A DNA stretch of 64,000 nt, taken from the NCBI GenBank assembly GCA_965213625.1, contig CBDBZU010000004.1, positions 1,728,001-1,792,000 on the forward strand, written 5' to 3'. The notes under the pieces were generated by a model. It saw nothing but the letters and a program-made list of their open reading frames with translations, had not been told where the DNA came from and searched no databases. Origin of the DNA: a bacterium (GTDB lineage: Bacteria; UBA8248). A program made the position numbers and the translations under genes. Shown here one piece after another: positions 61,345 through 64,000 of this stretch (the stretch's first letter is position 1; each line of letters starts with the position of its first letter).

Positions 61345-62751
61345 ATGCCTAAAGTCACGGTGTACATCCCCACCCACAACTACGGCCGTTTTCTCGATGT
61401 CGCGATACAAAGCGTATTGAAGCAGACCATGGACGACTGGGAGTTGATCGTAATCGATGACGGCTCGACGGACGACACTTCGGAAATTCTCAAACCTTAT
61501 AGAGTCCATCCTAAAATCCGCATTCTCGAGCAAAAAAACAGAGGTTTGAATTTCACGAACAACGTCGCTTTGCACATCGCTAGGGGCGAATACCTCATGC
61601 GGCTGGACGCGGATGATCTCCTGGATGAGAACATTCTCTTGGTTCTCTCCCATGTCTTGGACACGAAACCCGACGTGGGTCTGGTGTATCCGGATTATTA
61701 TCAAGTGGACGAGGATGGAGCGGTCACCCAAATCGTTCACCGCCAGAAGATCGGAGTAGAAGTCGATTTACTGGATCTTCCGGCGCATGGCGCATGCACC
61801 ATGTTTCGCAAGGAAATTCTGCTGGAAATGGGCGGTTATTTTGAGGAGTTCGATCGTCAGGATGGTTACGGCATGTGGCTGAAATTCATCGAGCGGCATC
61901 GTCCTTACAATGTGAATTTGCCCCTGTTCTATTATCGCCGCCACGCAAAGAGCTTGTCGAAATCCCGGGGCTTGGTTCTGGAGGCGCGCCGCAAAATCAA
62001 AAGACGGGTGGTGGAAGAGATGAACCTTTACCGTAAACCGAGAGTGTTGGCGCTAGTTCCCGTCGTCGTGGATGAGGGATTCGAATTCGGAAATCCTTTT
62101 GCGCAGTTCATGGGAAAAGCGCTGCTCGAACGAACGCTGGAGGAAATCAGTCAAGCGCGTTATATCGACAAGATAGTCGTATCCTCGAGCGATGAGGACG
62201 TATTGGCTTATGTCGATCGTTTCGAGGGAGTGGACAGCATCCACAGGCCTCAAGCACAGGTGAGACGAACCACCAGGACGGAGGACACGGCGCTTCATGT
62301 TTTGAAGACACTGGAGGAGCGGGGATATATGCCCGACGCCGTTTGCATATGCTGCATCAACACCCCTTTTCGCCGGAGCGCGCACATCGACAAGGCCGTG
62401 GATACCATGACGATTTTCAAGGTCGATTCCGTGATATCCATCGCCGAGGATGTTTCGTTTTTCTACCACCACGGGAAAAACGGGCTTACCCCCGTCAACG
62501 GTTCAGCCCAGAGAATGCTGTGTCTGGAGAAAAAAGCGTTGTTCAAAGAAAACGGCGCGATTTATCTAAGCCGGGTGGAGACCGTTTTAGAAGGAAAATT
62601 ATTGGGAGAAAGTATAGGGCACATCACGATGCTTCCGGAGGAAAGTGTGAGAATCAATTCCGAGTACGAGTTCTGGCTGGCTGAGAAAATAGCGGCCGAG
62701 TGGATGCAGACGGCTTCGTCTGCTAAACTTGTCGATGTTCAAACTCCATAA
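61345..62751 (+). CDS. GT2 glycosyltransferase fused to a cytidylyltransferase-like domain
   Basis: IDDGSTD, RLDADD, YYRRH; then VSSSD, TPFR, ENGAIY, INS. Confidence 0.85.
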   Translation: MPKVTVYIPTHNYGRFLDVAIQSVLKQTMDDWELIVIDDGSTDDTSEILKPYRVHPKIRILEQKNRGLNFTNNVALHIARGEYLMRLDADDLLDENILLVLSHVLDTKPDVGLVYPDYYQVDEDGAVTQIVHRQKIGVEVDLLDLPAHGACTMFRKEILLEMGGYFEEFDRQDGYGMWLKFIERHRPYNVNLPLFYYRRHAKSLSKSRGLVLEARRKIKRRVVEEMNLYRKPRVLALVPVVVDEGFEFGNPFAQFMGKALLERTLEEISQARYIDKIVVSSSDEDVLAYVDRFEGVDSIHRPQAQVRRTTRTEDTALHVLKTLEERGYMPDAVCICCINTPFRRSAHIDKAVDTMTIFKVDSVISIAEDVSFFYHHGKNGLTPVNGSAQRMLCLEKKALFKENGAIYLSRVETVLEGKLLGESIGHITMLPEESVRINSEYEFWLAEKIAAEWMQTASSAKLVDVQTP

Positions 62752-62951
62752 CCACCACTCCACGAGATAAAAAAGACCCACCACGAGGCAAAGGTTCCGG
62801 AAATATCGACCTGGTTCGAGAACGAGTGAAGATTTAGCGCATGGCGTAAGTTCCAAAGCGCAGTGAGTGTTTCTTTCAAGGCGCTCGGGATTTTCGGCCT
62901 GCTGTAATCGTTCAGTTTTCGGGCCATTCCCTGCTTAACCAAAGAAGCCGC

Positions 62952-64000
62952 ATGTGGAACGATAGGCAAAGGAATATTCTGGACGTCGCGCGGGATTACA
63001 AGGATTTTCTGTTCTTGTATCTGGGCATCCTCATTTTGGCGACGGTGTTCGAGAGCGTCGGTCTCGGGATGCTGATGCCCATCTTTCAGACGATTCAGGG
63101 CACCGAAACGAACCACGTCCTCACGGCGTATGCCGAACGGGGATTTGGCCTCATCGGCTTGGAGTTTTCACTCCTTAACCTCATCGCTTTGTTCACGCTT
63201 GCCATGCTGGTCAAATATGCTCTGGTAGCGATTTCGATGCGCTTCGCGAGGGTGTTGAGCGCGAGAATCGCATGCGACATGAGAGAAAAAATCTTACGGA
63301 ACCTCATGGAGTTCCCGCTCTCGTTTTTTTACCAGAAAAAAATCGGCGATCTCATCAGCGTTCAATTCACCTCTGCGAACAATTGCGGATTTGTTTTCGA
63401 ACACGTGATGCTTATTACGAACGCCGTTTTCTTCTGTGTTTTGTATCTGATTCTGAATCTGATGGTTTCTTTTTCACTGAGTGTGCTTGTCCTCGGCTTC
63501 ACGTCGCTCTCATTGTATTTGCTGCTCCCCTGGTTTCGGAAGGCCTATGCCGAAGGAGAGATAGAGTCGGAGGGAATGGAAAACGTCAGTTCTTATCTTC
63601 ACGACGTTTTCTCTGGAATCAAGACGGTCAAAGTGTTCGGAAATCTTGAGCACCACCTCAAAGTTTACTCGATGCGAGCGGGCGAATATCGCCGGGTATC
63701 GGTCCGGATAATGGAAAATAGAATCTTTGCCTCTTTCTTTTACGAACCCTTGATTTTCCTGATGATGGTTATTTGTCTGGTCATTTCGGTCACATTTCTG
63801 GAAATCCCCTTTTTCACCCTTACAGTATTTTTGGCTATCTTTTTGCAGGTGCTCCCCAAGCTCAAGCTGATAGGCAACTATTGGCTCATCGTGAGCGAAT
63901 TCACCCCCCACCTGGAGAGGGTTCTCAAATACGCCGAAGGCGAATATCAGGAATGTTTGCCGCAAGGAACCACCTCGGTCGGTTCTCTTCAAAAAGGGGT
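62952..64000 (+). CDS. ABC exporter/flippase (PglK/MsbA-like), truncated by window end
   Basis: Read directly (not in ORF track): MWNDRQRNILDVARDYKDFLFLYLGILILATVFESVGLGMLMPIFQ.., later FFYQKKIGDL and GIKTVKVF. Confidence 0.75.
   Translation, partial: MWNDRQRNILDVARDYKDFLFLYLGILILATVFESVGLGMLMPIFQTIQGTETNHVLTAYAERGFGLIGLEFSLLNLIALFTLAMLVKYALVAISMRFARVLSARIACDMREKILRNLMEFPLSFFYQKKIGDLISVQFTSANNCGFVFEHVMLITNAVFFCVLYLILNLMVSFSLSVLVLGFTSLSLYLLLPWFRKAYAEGEIESEGMENVSSYLHDVFSGIKTVKVFGNLEHHLKVYSMRAGEYRRVSVRIMENRIFASFFYEPLIFLMMVICLVISVTFLEIPFFTLTVFLAIFLQVLPKLKLIGNYWLIVSEFTPHLERVLKYAEGEYQECLPQGTTSVGSLQKG

Overview
High-GC chromosomal window from a diderm bacterium (outer-membrane beta-barrel, Tat, CcdA, futalosine-type menaquinone genes; a Nitrospinota/Deltaproteobacteria-like lineage is only an impression). 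About 55 CDS and one tRNA-Glu(TTC). Housekeeping blocks: class V aminotransferase-serA-hisZ-purA, ccdA, acyP, tatBC, an amino-sugar cluster (split and full-length GlmU-like genes, glmS, long glmM-like), uvrD/pcrA-gatC-ubiD-ubiA-menG-aceE-like, and amtB-glnK. There are two thiolase/DUF35 modules. An accessory patch at about 31.3-36.6 kb holds an IS1182-family element, and a nonulosonic-acid/glycan cluster follows the tRNA. Best leads: (1) a secreted di-heme cytochrome c peroxidase/MauG-like protein translationally coupled to a PhnDCE-type transporter whose binding site appears altered; (2) a CxxU Rdx/SelW selenoprotein missed by the ORF track, coupled to a MOSC gene and followed by phzF; (3) three ~260-280 bp non-autonomous elements with IS1182-type ends, each carrying a different palindrome family, one with the intact IS inserted in a hairpin loop; (4) a LarA-family gene with an in-frame TGA inside the nonulosonate cluster. 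All family calls come from motif recognition by eye; no database search was run.
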